Source: Macrostomum hystrix (lineage: Eukaryota; Animalia; Platyhelminthes). From it: 64,000 nucleotides of DNA. The position numbers were made by a program, and so were the translations under genes. Every line of letters starts with the position of its first letter. The stretch's first letter is position 1. The stretch is from assembly GCA_950097015.1 (NCBI GenBank), contig CATNEN010000029.1, positions 4,960,001-5,024,000 on the forward strand, read 5' to 3'. The notes under the pieces were generated by a model. That model made no database searches, was not told the origin of the DNA, and saw only the letters and a program-made list of their open reading frames with translations. Positions 1-12,340 of this stretch are shown piece after piece.

Positions 1-1759
1 TGTAAAGATGCTAACCTCAGCATGTTATTTTGAGTGCAATTTCTATTAGCAGACATTGCTAGAATGCTTTCAAGCACCGCTAATGGCATTTGAAAGCTGA
101 AAGCGTCAGACTGAAGCAACAAGAAGCAGTGAACACTTTCCTTCTTTTGTTAAAAATCAGCGCGCATTCAATTTTATGTAAAAAGCCCGAGGGTTAGCTT
201 AATTGTCTAGCTTTCATTGTCAATGCAAGGCCACTCGGAGACAGCAGCAGCAGCAGCAGCAGCATAAAATCGGCAGGTTTTTCTAGCTATAAAAAAACAC
301 CTATAATAAAAAAGCGTCTGTTGCTTTGACAAAGAGAGGAAGTAAATGAGCAGTGATAGTCATCAAGGAAGCTCAGTAAACAGAGACATGATGGAGAGAG
401 AGAAAAGAGGTAGTTTAATCCACAGCTAGGATCAGCAAAATAACAGTTTGAGTTATTTATGCTGGCCTGAGCAGTTTCTCTCAAAGGCAGATTTCGATAC
501 CTCGCAATGGTTCATGGAATCCAATGGATTTGACCATTTTTTTCAGGTTGACCTCTTGGCCTTGAAGATTTCTTGTTCAGTTTCTTCATCAATCTGAAAT
601 CAGATTTTGATTAATTATCGAAATCAAATATTTATCGGTACTATATCCACGCGCCTATCATTTTATGATAATTAACCTTTTAAAAGAAGACTTTGGGCAG
701 CAGTAGTTATTAAAAAATCTATGGTCTTTCTTAACAATACTGTCTCCTCTTCTTCTTTTCAGACGAATGACTAAGAAATTAGCATAGAGGCATTGTGTGT
801 GAGGCTCTGGCCCCTATAAGCCCCCAAGGTTCCAAGCTCGATTCGAGGACTGGAAGAATCGTTGTCAGGGCTCCTAGCAACAAGAGCTGAAGAAGATTTT
901 TCCCCAAATCGAGACACCAGGAAAGTAGGGTGAGACGAGGAAGAATTCTTAAGTAGGTGCGCGGCAATCACTTCTTGTCTATTCCTTTTTTCTATAAGTC
1001 TTCTTTTTAACTTCCTCCAAAGTTTGCGGTATTGAGCGCAGCTTTTGCAAGTTCTGGAAATATTGCTTGACAAGACTCTCATAACAAAGCAATTGTATGA
1101 GGGTGCCCACAGCCTCAGTGTTCGGACTAGAGAAGTTTTTTGTCATACTAAACATCAAGCCTCAAAGCTTGGTGGTGGTAAGTTGAACATAAAAATTTCC
1201 AAGGTTTTGAGTCCATAATTTGTAGATGAAGGAGATGGGATATTTTTGGTATGGGATAAGCATCGGCTTTTTATATTAGGAAAATGTGCGGGTTTCAGGG
1301 GGCCTGAGACTGCAAGTTAACCAAATACCCTCAGCACAATATAAGCATGCTGGTTGATGCGGGATCACCCACCCATTGTGATGTATTAAGAGTGGCTTCC
1401 CCCCCTTATACCCCACAATGACCGGGAAGACAAAAAGTAGCTGAAGGCTTTCGGGGTAAAGCATCTTGCAGAGTGTCTAACTGGGTCCGAGCAACCCACG
1501 TGCCCCGACCAGAGGAGAACTGAGAACTGGTTATTAGTTCTGATGGCGCGTTCAATTGTTTGGGGGCTATAGTAATAAAACTGCTGCTGAAATTCATAAA
1601 GTCATGCAATTAACGGCTTTCTAGAGAATGCAAAAAAACTTTTACGGTTAGAAAGCCGAGTTCACAGAATCCCTTTCAGAAATCCCCAATAGAAATATCT
1701 GTTTAGAAAGCACAGTCTAGAAATCCCATTTAAAAAATCTAAGTTCAAAAATCAAAGTT

Positions 1760-2500
1760 TAGAAATCCATGTTCAGAAATCTGATTTCAGAAATCCCAGT
1801 TCAGAAATCCCACTCCAGAAATCCCACTTCAGAAATCCCACTTCAGAAATCCCAGTTCAGAAATCCCAGTTTAGAAATCTGATTTCAGAAATCCCAGTTC
1901 AGAAATTCCAGTTCAAAAAATCCCAGTTCAGAAATCCCAGTTCAGAAATCCCAGTTCATAAATCCCACTTCAGAAATCCCACTTCAGAAATCCCACTTCA
2001 GAAATCCAAGTTGAGAAATTCCACTTCAGAAATCCCACTCCAGAAATCCCACTTCAGAAATCCCACTTCAGAAATCCCAGTTCAGAAATCCCAGTTTAGA
2101 AATCTGATTTCAGAAATACCAGTTCAGAAATCCCACTCCAGAAATCCCACTTCAGAAATCCCAGTTCAGAAATCCCAGTTCAGAAATCCCAGTTTAGAAA
2201 TCTGATTTCAGAAATCCCAGTTCAGAAATCCCACTTCAGAAATCCAAGTTGAGAAATCCCACTTCAGAAATCCCACTCCAGAAATCCCACTTCAGAAATC
2301 CCACTTCAGAAATCCCACTTCAGAAATCCCAGTTCAGAAATCCCAATTCAGAAATCTGATTTCAGAAATCCAAGTTCAGAAATCCTAGTTCAGAAATCCC
2401 AGTTCAGAAGTCCTAGATCAGAAATCCCAGTTCAGAAATCCCAGGTTAGAAATTCAAGTTGGTTCAGAAATCCTCTAAGAGGAAGTTAAGAAATCCCAGT
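1760..2500. repeat. 14-bp minisatellite (AGAAATCCCA[C/G]TTC)n with degenerate edges
   Basis: Unit read directly; degenerate copies extend back to about 1660; ORF 2011-2205 is a by-product. Confidence 0.95.
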
Positions 2501-2997
2501 CCTGACACTCCAAGTGGTTTCTATTTTCTTTCTAAACGTTCAAATCTGAATAAAAAAGACAATATTCCTGTCTCATTATATACAATGGTTGGATTGACAT
2601 GACTTTGCCTATAAAAACTCAAATGTAATAAAAGCTATAGCATAAATAATATTGTAGAGGATTCTCATAACGAATTACACAACAGGCCGATGGTGGGCAT
2701 GTTTTGCGGAGACAATATCAATCTTGACCGCACCTTACACATGTGATATGGGCATTGCGCATATTTTAGTTATAGCTTAATTTGTTGCATAAATAAATGT
2801 CTGCTCATAGCTACATATTTAGCAGTCGAACCCCTGCTCAATGTGACGCAACTCAGGGGACATCTGCGTGGGTCAGACATACGTCAAATCCGACAGGTGC
2901 GATTTCGTCAATAAGCTTTTAATTACATATACTATAAGCATAAAGTCTTCATTGGCTATAGGACTATCATGTGTGTCTCGTGTTCTATCTCCTTTTT

Positions 2998-3475
2998 AAC
3001 TCCGAAACTAGTCAAACTCCGAAACTAGTCAAACTCCGAAACTTGTCAAACTCCGAAACTAGTCAAACTCCGAAACTAGTCAAACTCCGAAACTAGTCAA
3101 ACTCCACAAACTTGTCAAACTCCGAAACTAGTCAAACTCCGCAAACTTGTCAAACTCCGAAACTTGTCAAACTCCGAAACTAGTCAAACTCCGCAAACTT
3201 GTCAAACTCCGAAACTTGTCAAACTCCGAAACTTGTCAAACTCCGAAACTTGTCAAACTCCGCAAACTAGTCAAACTCCGAAACTTGTCAAACTCCGCAA
3301 ACTTGTCAAACTCCGAAACTTGTCAAACTCCGAAACTTGTCAAACTCTGCAAACTAGTCAAACTCCGAAACTTGTCAAACTCCGAAACTTGTCAAACTCC
3401 GCAACTTGTCAAACTCCGAAACTTGTCAAACTCCGCAAACTAGTCAAACTTCGAAACTTGTCTAACTCCGAAACT
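2998..3475. repeat. 17-bp minisatellite (AACTCCGAAACT[T/A]GTCA)n
   Basis: Unit read directly; same family as 22965-23440. Confidence 0.95.
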
Positions 3476-4117
3476 GAAGATTTAATAACGGAAGGCTAAG
3501 AGTGATTTTTTTAATTGCGAGAAAGGTTTTAAAAACGAATTTTATCGAAGTAACTACCAGAAGTAGGTGGCAAATTTCTATTTACAACAGAAATTTGATT
3601 GTGCAATACGTTGCGTAACACAAACATTTAAAAGGACAGTAAATTAAGCAAAACCTAATTTTTAGCTGATTCCATAATTTGCTAAAGCTTAGTGTGAGCA
3701 ATTTAGATTTGCTATTTATCGTAGTAAATTATTACTTTCTTTAAGCAATCGTGTATACTGACTAAAAATATAAAAGTATTTATATGTAAATTACTTGTAC
3801 GAGTAATACGCGATTGACACTACAAATCAACTATTCGAGATTGGCGCACTAACAAACCAACAGCAAACTGTACACAAGCACGAGAATTGTTTAAAATAAA
3901 ATTATTTTCATACTTAAGCTTGTTGATATTTACAAATCTTATTCGCATGCATTTCAGTCGTAACAAGCAAGATACGCTCGTAATTGTACATTATAGACAA
4001 TCTGTTTACACATCACAGCCAGTCATTGCGGGGAGTTTAAGACTAATGCTTGTGTGACTTCGCTTTATCAAGCAATGTCACCGCTCTGCCATGTCAGCAG
4101 AAATGCTGATTGACAAC

Positions 4118-4322
4118 TCAGGACTGGCCGAGCATGGCGGACGGGTGCCGGTGACCGCCAATCACCGGGTAGCTGCCACAGTCCTGAAAGTAGTGACCTG
4201 GCTGGCAGCTGCCCGCCCAGGCGGCTGCGGCTGCGGCGGCGGCGGCTGCTGCGGCCGGCGATTGTTGCGGATGCAGCTGGTGATGGCTAGAATGCTGCTG
4301 CTGATGATAGTGATAGCTGTGA

Positions 4323-4354
<32 letters not shown>

Positions 4355-6104
4355 ATGGTTGCTCAGCATCTGGTGCGTCGGGCTCCAGAAGGGGAAGAAT
4401 GATTCGTGCTGCTGCTGCACCGCTGATTCGAATGCGGCCGCGCCAGCGCCGAAGGCTCCGCCAACGACTGCGCCGCCGCCGCAGATCATGCTGGGGCTGC
4501 ACAGCGGCGAGTCCGGGCTGCTCTTGATGGCGTCCGAGGCGTGCCGAGAGAAACCACGAACTCCTGGCGGCGTGGCCGGCTCCGAGAGCTGGGGCGGCAG
4601 CGGCAGCGGCAGTGCCTGATGATAGGCTTCGGGCAGATGTTGCTGCTGCTGCTGATGATGATGATAGGACGTGGCCGAGTGCTGCTGAATGTCGTAGTAA
4701 TGACCAAGTTCGCTGATGGCTTCCGATCGGTAGAAATGCTGCTGCTGCTGCTGCTGCTCGTGATGATGTTGATGCAGCAGGTGCTGACTGTGATGCTGTT
4801 GCTGCTGCTGGTGGTAGGCCGCTGGCACCTGCTGCTGCTGCTGCTGCTGATAGCCGCAGTCAAACGGTGAGCAGCAGGCCTGGGTGGGCTGCGGCAAGCA
4901 GCTGTCGGCGCTGACAAACGCCTGCAGGCGTCTGGCTGCCTTGGCCGGCGGCAGAATCGGACCGTCGACTAGGTCGACGCAGGCGTCAATAGCTGGTCGG
5001 CGCTGAAGAGTTATAGTGCAATGCTTACTTAGGAACTGTTTGTCAAGACAATTAAGGCGACTAAACGTTCCCTCAATCCAAATATCCACCCCTCTATCCA
5101 ACTATCCGCCCCCTCTATCCAACTATCCGCCCCCTCTATCCAACTATCCGCCCCCTCTATCCAACTATCCGCCCCCTCTATCCAACTATCCGCCCCCTCT
5201 ATCCAACTATCCGCCCCCTCTATCCAACTATCCGCCCCCTCTATCCAACTATCCGCCCCCTCTAAGATAACCGCATGCATACAAATGAGTCGAGTACTCA
5301 CAGCCAAGGTGGCCGGTCTCTTAGCCGCTTTCCGATTGCCCTTGCGAAACTCCTCAGATGGCTTCAGATCGGGAGCAGCGTGATCGTGCGTGCCCTTGGC
5401 CTGGAAGTACACGCAGCCGTTCAGGTGGCGCCAGAAATGGGTGACGGGGTAGCCGGAGTGACCTCGGCAGGGCTTGGAGAGTGAGCACACCGTCGCATTT
5501 TGAGTTCGGACACGGCTTGCCTACAAAAGTGAAAGGAGTTTTATATGGATAATAGACCCTCTTACTATTAAAGTATATTTTTCAATAGTCAAGAAATTTT
5601 CTCATAGAATCTTCACTCACCGCACTGCTTCCTTCGCGCCTTGTCGCAGATGGCCGGCCTCAAGGACAGCGGCAGGCCGCCGGCGCCTAGACAGCTTCGG
5701 CTGCAGACAAGTACACCCAAGCAGGACTTCTTGAGTATGCTGACATTGTGATTGTTAGTGTTTCTCATCGCCCAGCCGCTTGTGTGCCTCTTGGCTTCGT
5801 CGGATGACTCGCTGTAGGCAAAACGGCAGTGACCATTTGGCCAGAGTTGGAACTGGTCGGGGCGATCGGCCTGTGTGGACAGGTGTTTTTTTTATTATAA
5901 ATACTGCTTTTATATAGACAATAGACAATGCGAATTTCAGCTCAGCAGATAAATAATAGTGCAAGCTCCTCAACTCACCAATGGTAGCTTTCCGTCGTTA
6001 ATATCCCAGGACTTTTTAGTACCGCCTTGCACCTGCGCCAGCAGGTCCGGATGAGGGCCGTTGCCGCCGCCGCCGCTGCTGCTGCTGCTGCTGCCGAGAG
6101 TCAT
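4118..6104 (-). CDS. gcm: Glial cells missing (GCM-domain) transcription factor; exons 6104-5979, 5870-5621, 5520-5302, 5002-4118; one extra base at 5476-5477 breaks the frame as assembled
   Basis: Spliced translation gives [90 protein letters not shown], the GCM DNA-binding domain, followed by a Q/H/A-rich tail. All three donors are GTGAGT and acceptors are CAG/TAG. Confidence 0.93.
5083..5263. repeat. 21-bp minisatellite (CTATCCGCCCCCTCTATCCAA)n, about 8 copies, in gcm intron 3
   Basis: Near-perfect tandem copies inside intron 5003-5301. Confidence 0.95.
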
Positions 6105-6165
6105 GGCTTGACTGTCTGATAAATTCTCACTATTAGGTAATTCCAATTCAGAGATATACTGGCGG

Positions 6166-7243
6166 ATGCGGGAGTCTGTTGTCTTTTTTTGCTGCGGTTT
6201 TGTCTACGGGAGGAACTCCAATGGATTCTAATTGAGGATAAAAGCGGAGGAGATGCGGGATCTGCTGGCTGTCTCTGGAGTGCCGGCTCGATGTGGGCTC
6301 GAATGGAAGAATCTGCGGGTACCGGGGGCCGAGTTTTAAATAGTCGAGCAGGAAGCCCCCAGTTCACCGGCCAATGGGATATCGGCGGAGGTTGGGTGGG
6401 CGGCATGTGAAAATGGGAAACAACAGCGATGATGGGAGGATGGGAGGATGGGAGGATGGGGTGGGTGATGCGCTCCCCTCTCGGGAGAATTCAGTGGGGC
6501 TTGGGGCTGCGGGATGCGGGTCGCGGATTGGTCGCAGATTCGCTGGCTTCTCCGTTTCAAAATAGTCGCGCGCGCCGCCGCTGCCGCCACCCCATCGTCA
6601 CTGCTCAATCACCTATTCCCGCATTGAGCAGTGGGACTCAGATGAGATGAGAATCAGCACCGAGGAACAATGGGCCATCATGCCGGTTCGCTGATGCTGT
6701 TGACGAAATTGAAAACAGCCCAGAGGCACTTGAATTTTCGTTTGTTCAAAAAAATTTTAATCAGCATTTAACTTTGAGATACAAAATAGAGAAATCTCAG
6801 AGCCTTATTGCATTAGCGAAATTAATTTCCCTATTCCATCCAGCATTGACACATTGCTTAACACCTGATAGAATAGCATGGTGAATATCGGGGGTAGAGA
6901 ATAGGGAATTATATTAGTTAGAATAGAATAACGAATTACTTTGAGCTTCTCCGTAACCAGGTTGGCCTGCATTATAGCATTTACAAAGCGCTTGTTATAG
7001 CTGAATAGAATTTTTAACAAAATAACTGCAACCCAACGGTCAGCAGAATCAGCAATGGGACAATTGGGGAAAAAGTGGGATGGGATTACAAGGGATCTCA
7101 TGGACTCCAGTTATACAGGTAAAGCATCGTAGCTCCTATGCTCAGAAAGTGTCCTGAAATACTCCCATTCTCCAACCCTGCTCAACTGCTCAACTTATGC
7201 AGGCGCGCGTTATGGTTTCTCGCGGGTTTATGAGCGCCCGCAT
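6166..7243. promoter_or_regulatory. Cluster of GCM-binding-site matches (ATGCGGG[T/C/A]) upstream of gcm
   Basis: ATGCGGGA 6166-6173 and 6253-6260, ATGCGGGT 6514-6521, TCCCGCAT 6617-6624, GCCCGCAT 7236-7243. The established GCM consensus is (A/G)CCCGCAT. Function is inferred. Confidence 0.55.
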
Positions 7244-7654
7244 CCTTTCTGTGCAATGTGATGCACGCGCTAAACCCATTTATACAATAACCTGATGCTT
7301 CGGTGTGTCGCGTGAGCCCCCAATACCCTCTATAGTTCTGTCTACGAGCTGTTTCATACAACTTGCGGTAATTTTTTTTGAAGAAAAAACACTAGCTGAA
7401 ATTATTATAGCGATAGACAAAGAGTCCAGTTTGTCTTCATTCAGGTCGGTTGAATCTAAACAGATTAAATGTGAAACGTATTGTAGTGCTCCGGCATAAG
7501 CTATAACATTTGCTTGCTACAATGAGGCTAAATATTGTGGAGTTCTCATTCAATGACGTCAGCTGTATGGGTGCATATAGTGCACTTGTTCTTAGCGAAA
7601 TGTGCTCTTAGCGATCTCTTTGAAGAATGATTATTCCGCTAATCTATTTCGATT

Positions 7655-7872
7655 GCTTCCACTATACTCTCTCCCCACCACTCTCCCTACCACTCTTCCT
7701 ATCAGTCTACCACTCCCCCACCACTCTCCCTACCACTCTACCACTCTCCCCACCACTCTCCCTACCACTCTTCCTACCACTCTACCACTCCCCCCACCAC
7801 TCTCCCTACCACTCTTCCTATCAGTCTACCACTCCCCCACCACTCTCCCTACCACTCTACCACTCTCCCCAC
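7655..7872. repeat. CCACTCT/CCCTA/CCCCA-based minisatellite, left part (interrupted by LTR element)
   Basis: Same motif set continues after 12495. Confidence 0.9.
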
Positions 7873-8027
7873 TGTTGTGCAGTTGAGTAATGCACGTACA
7901 TAGTTCGTACATGTACACCTCTGATATCGATTGGCACAGAATATATATATTCCAAATACTGAGAGCCAACTTGGCGTGAAAGTTTCGGATACTAACTTGG
8001 CTGACTCGCTACTATTCATTTACAACA
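7873..8027 (+). repeat. 5' LTR (155 bp)
   Basis: Base-by-base identical to 12341-12495. Confidence 0.97.
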
Positions 8028-8158
8028 TTGGCATCGCAAGCTCAAGCGAACACCCACCCCAATAAGCCGGGGTCGGAGTAGACTGAAGTGAAGTGACTGC
8101 AAGCCTGCCAAGCCAAGCGTAAACAACAGCGCCAAACTGCAAAAGTGCAAACTGAAAC

Positions 8159-11100
8159 ATGACGAGTGACAGCAACTCAGCAGAAGCGCCGCGGATCAGC
8201 GTATCGCCGCCGGATCAATTCCTGCCGCAGCCGGGCCGACCGGCGAGGCCGTGGAAAGAGTGGAAGGCCCTCTTTGAGAACTACTTACTTGCGGCCGGCT
8301 ACGACACTTTGCCGGAAGCGAGGAGGCGCGCGCTGTTGCTGCACTGCCTTGGCGCGGAAGGGCAGCGAGTCTTTGCGGCTGTGGCAGCAACGAAGAGGCC
8401 GAGTCCGACAGAACTCGCGGCGACAGTCGCGATTCTGGACGAGCAGTTCGGAGCCAAAGTCAACGTGGTGGCGGAGCGCCACAAGTTTCGGCAGCGCAGT
8501 CAGCGTCCGGGTGAAAAGATTGCGGACTTCGTGGCGGCTCTGTATGCTCTGGCTGGCTCATGTGAGTTCCGCGACATGATGGAAGAAATGATCCGCGACC
8601 AGATCGTGGAGAAGGTCAGCGACAGGCGAATTCGAGAGCGCTTGCTGATCGAGGACGGCCTGACGCTGCAGAAGGCAGTGACGCTGAGCCAGCAATGGGA
8701 GACCAGCATCGCTGAGGCCAGCGCGATAGAGACGGAAGGCGCAGCCGCGGCCGGAGCACAGCTGGAAGAAGAGGTGAAGAGAGTCCGACTACAACCTGAC
8801 AGGAAGAACACAGGACAAGGGCGACCAGATCGAGAGTCATGCTCCAAGTGCGGAGGCGGGCACAACAGACGAGCCCGGTGTCCAGCTGAAGGCAAGAGTT
8901 GTCATGTCTGCGGGAAGGCGAACCATTTCGGCCGGATGTGCAGGTCGCAGGGCGCCAAGGTCGCCGAGGTCATGGACGAGAGCGGCCAAGCCGTGTACAT
9001 GGTGCGCGGCGCCGCCAGTCCCGACATCCGCTGCCGGCTGAAGGTGCATGGCATCTGGCTGAATCTGCTTGTAGACTCGGGAGCCAAGGTGTCCATCCTG
9101 TCAGAGAGGACCTTCAGGAAGCTCGGAAACCGGTCGCCACTCCAGCCGTCGACCAAGAAACTCATCGCGTACAACGGCAAGGCAATCGATGTCGTCGGCG
9201 AGGCGGTGCTGTCCGTCAGCTATCGCGGCCAGCTGGTGCCATTTTTCTGCTTTACCGTGGTACGGCAAGGCTCCGACATCATGGGAACGGATCTGATGCA
9301 GCACCTCAGCTTCCAGGTGGTGGACAAGGACGGCGACCTCGTGCGCACAGTCGAAAAAACGGCAGAGCTACCGGTCTGGCTGGCCGAGCGCTTCAAGCCA
9401 CTGACGCAGGGACTCGGGCGGATCCGAGGATTCGAGCACCGGCCCAGGCTGAACCCCGCCGTGCCCCCGGTGGCGCAATCGCTACGCCGCATCCCACTTA
9501 GCATCAAAGACAAAGTCCAGGCGGAGATTGACCAGCTGCTGGAGGATGACATCATCGAGGAGATCCAGGCTTCAGAGTGGATTTCGAACCTGGTGATCGT
9601 CCCGAAGCCTGATGGCAAAATCAGGGTCTGCAATGACCTCAGGTGCCCAAACAAGGCCATAGTTCCGGATAAGCAGCCGCTGCCGACATTCGAGGAGCTG
9701 ACAACGGAGTTCAAGGGCTCGACCGTGTTCACTAAGCTGGATTTAAATTCTTCGTATCTGCAGTTGGAGCTAGCAGAAGATAGGCGGGACTTAACGGCTT
9801 TCATTACGGAGAAAGGGCTGTACCGGTACAAGCGCGTATGCTATGGCCTAAACAGCGCCCCGGCGGCCTTCCAGAAAGTTCTCAGCAAGATTCTCCATGG
9901 CTGTTCCGGGACGCTGCACTACATCGACGACATAGTGGTGCACGCTGCCAACGAGGCGGAGCACCTGCGGCGGCTCACGACAGTGCTGGACAAGCTGCTC
10001 GCCCATGGCGTCACGCTCAACGCCTCAAAGTGCCAGTGGGCTGCAGAGACAGTGCAGTTCCTGGGCTACATCGTCTCCGCGAGAGGACTTCAGCCGATGC
10101 AGTCTAACGTTGAAGACATCGAGGCGGTGCCGGAGCCCCAGAACGCCGAGGCAGTGGCCTCATTTCTGGGAATGGTTAAATTCTATTCCAACTTTCTGCA
10201 CAACCTGTCCGACATCGCCGAGCCGCTGCTGCTGCTACTTCGCAAAGAGCAGCCCTGGAACTGGACAACAGATTGCCAAAAGGCCTTTTGGAGGCTCAAG
10301 AAGATGGTGGTGTCCCCAACATGCTTGTGATTCTTCAGTCCCGACGACAAGATCATCGTGGCCTGCGACAGCTCCGCGCACGCTCTGGGGGCCGTGCTGA
10401 TGCAAGACGACAGCGCCGGGGTTCGAAGACCAGTCGCTTTCGCGTCAAGGACCCTGTCAGCGACCGAGCGCAAGTACTCCGCATCAGAGAGAGAGGCTCT
10501 CGCGTGCATCTTCGCGTGCGAGAGATGGCACTATTTCCTGTTCGGCCGGAGATTCGAGCTGCACACGGACCACCAGGCTCTGACGACGCTGCTGATGGCT
10601 CAAGGCAGCGGCCACCGGCCTCTGCGGCTTCATCGATGGGCCGACCGCCTGCTCGCGTACGACTTCCAAGTCTGCCACGTTCCTGGCAAGAAGAACATCG
10701 TGCCAGATTTTTTGTCGCGCCACGGCGCTCTCGGAGCAAAATGTCCAATGCAAAGCGAAGAGGACTCGACCGAGCTCCAAGTGAATGCCGTACTGCTGTC
10801 GGGCGCGCTGGAGATTGTCAGTCCAAGCGAACTGGCCGAGGCATCCCTGCAGGACCCGGTGATCAATGATGCGGTCACAATGACGCTCCAGGGGTGGCCT
10901 AACTCCATCAAGCAGCTGAAGCCGGAGCTGCAGCCGTTCTGGAGGATGCGGACGCAACTGGCGCTCTGGAATGACGGCAAGTGCCTGGCCAACGGCACCC
11001 GAGCAGTAATCCCCGCATCCCTGAGGGAGAAGACGCTGCAGCTGGCGCATTTCGGACACCTCGGCGTGAGCAAAATGAAGCAGCATTGCCGGGACGCAGT

Positions 11101-12154
11101 CTGGTGGCCGCAAATCGATCAGCATATCGAGGAATTTGTGCGACATTGCGAGGCCTGCCTGCTTAGCGAGAAGAACTTTAAGCCACCCAAGACGGTCCTG
11201 ACCCCTACGAAGTGGCCGACGCGTCCATGGGAGGAACTCCAGCTCGACATCTTCGGGGAGCTGCACTCTGCACCGAACTCCTGTCGCTTCATCCTGGTGC
11301 TGTACGATTTGCATTCAAAGTGGCCGGAGGCTGCCTGCATGTCGACTGTCACAAGCGCGGATGTCATCGACGCCCTGACAACGTGGTTTAGCCGCTGGGG
11401 CCTGCCGAAGAGCATTAAAACAGATGGAGGTCCGCAGTTCGTGTCCGGCGATTTCGAGGATTTTCTTCAGCGCTGCGGCATCCGGCACCGGCAGTCACCG
11501 TACTACCACCCCCAGGGCAACGCGGCCGTAGAGCGCTTCAACCGTTTTCTCAAGGACGGCCTAAAGACGCACCTAGAGGAGGGCTACGACTTCAAGGACG
11601 CGGTGAAGACGCTGCTGTGGTCGTACAGGGCCACCCCACATGCACTGACTGGAGTGTCACCGGCGGAGCTCATGACAGGCCGGAAGATCAGCACCCCGTT
11701 GACAGCTCTGCAGCCAAGGACAACAGCGCGGCACAGACTGGCGGCCAGCATCAAGCGGAGGCAGCAGCGAGTTTTCGATCAGCTCAACACGACCCGGAGG
11801 CCGCCGCCCACGTTCATAGTCGGCGACTGGGTGCGCGTGAAGCGACCGTTCGCCCGCGGCAAGCTGAGCAGCCGCCTGTCCGAGCCACGGCAGATCTCCC
11901 GGATTGCGAGCGCGACCACCGTCATCCTCAGCGATGGCTCCCGCTGGCACGTCGACAACTGCGTCCGGGTACCGCGGCCAGCCGGAGCGCTGCCGCACTG
12001 GCCAGCGCCGGCTCCCAGCGCAGCCGGGACAGCCGCGGAGGCGGCGACGGCGGCAGACCCAGCGAGACAGCAGCAGCCAGCCCAGACGGCGATCCGAGTG
12101 AGCTCAAGGCCGCGAGCGCCGCCGCAATGGTACGGTGAAATCGTGACTCACTGA
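8159..12154 (+). CDS. gag-pol: Gag-Pol polyprotein in a single frame, interrupted by one in-frame TGA at 10328-10330
   Basis: Two Gag Zn knuckles (CSKCGGGH..C, CHVCGKANHFGRMC), protease LVDSGA, RT YIDD, RNase H ACDSS/EREALA/TDHQAL, integrase HFGH..CEAC plus D-D-E (QLDIF, TDGGPQF, AVERFNR). ORFs 8159-10330 and 10358-12154 are in the same frame (offset 2199 nt). Confidence 0.95.
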
Positions 12155-12340
12155 CTCGTTTATTAGTGACGGTTATTCAGCTGTTATTAGCGATCAGCTG
12201 TTTCGATTTAATTCTCTTTGAAGTACCTGTTGCATAAAATGATCATCTTACTCCTTCGATGCGTGGTAATGCACTTTTATTTCCTGCTCAATATTTGCAT
12301 AATTATTTTCGTTGCTCTATCCTTTGAAAGGGAAGGTGAA

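Noticed and set aside
1150-1275. Minus-strand peptide KADAYPIPKISHLL resembling a Gypsy RT motif (DAYPLPRI)
   Set aside because: Only a short match, flanked by stops, with no further RT motifs; could be an ancient relic but is unsupported.
10328-10358. Ribosomal frameshift between the two pol ORFs
   Set aside because: The ORFs are in the same frame; the break is a stop codon, not a frameshift.
8166-12138. Many overlapping alternative-frame and antisense ORFs in the retrotransposon and in GC-rich exons
   Set aside because: Expected shadow ORFs of high-GC coding sequence; no recognisable motifs.
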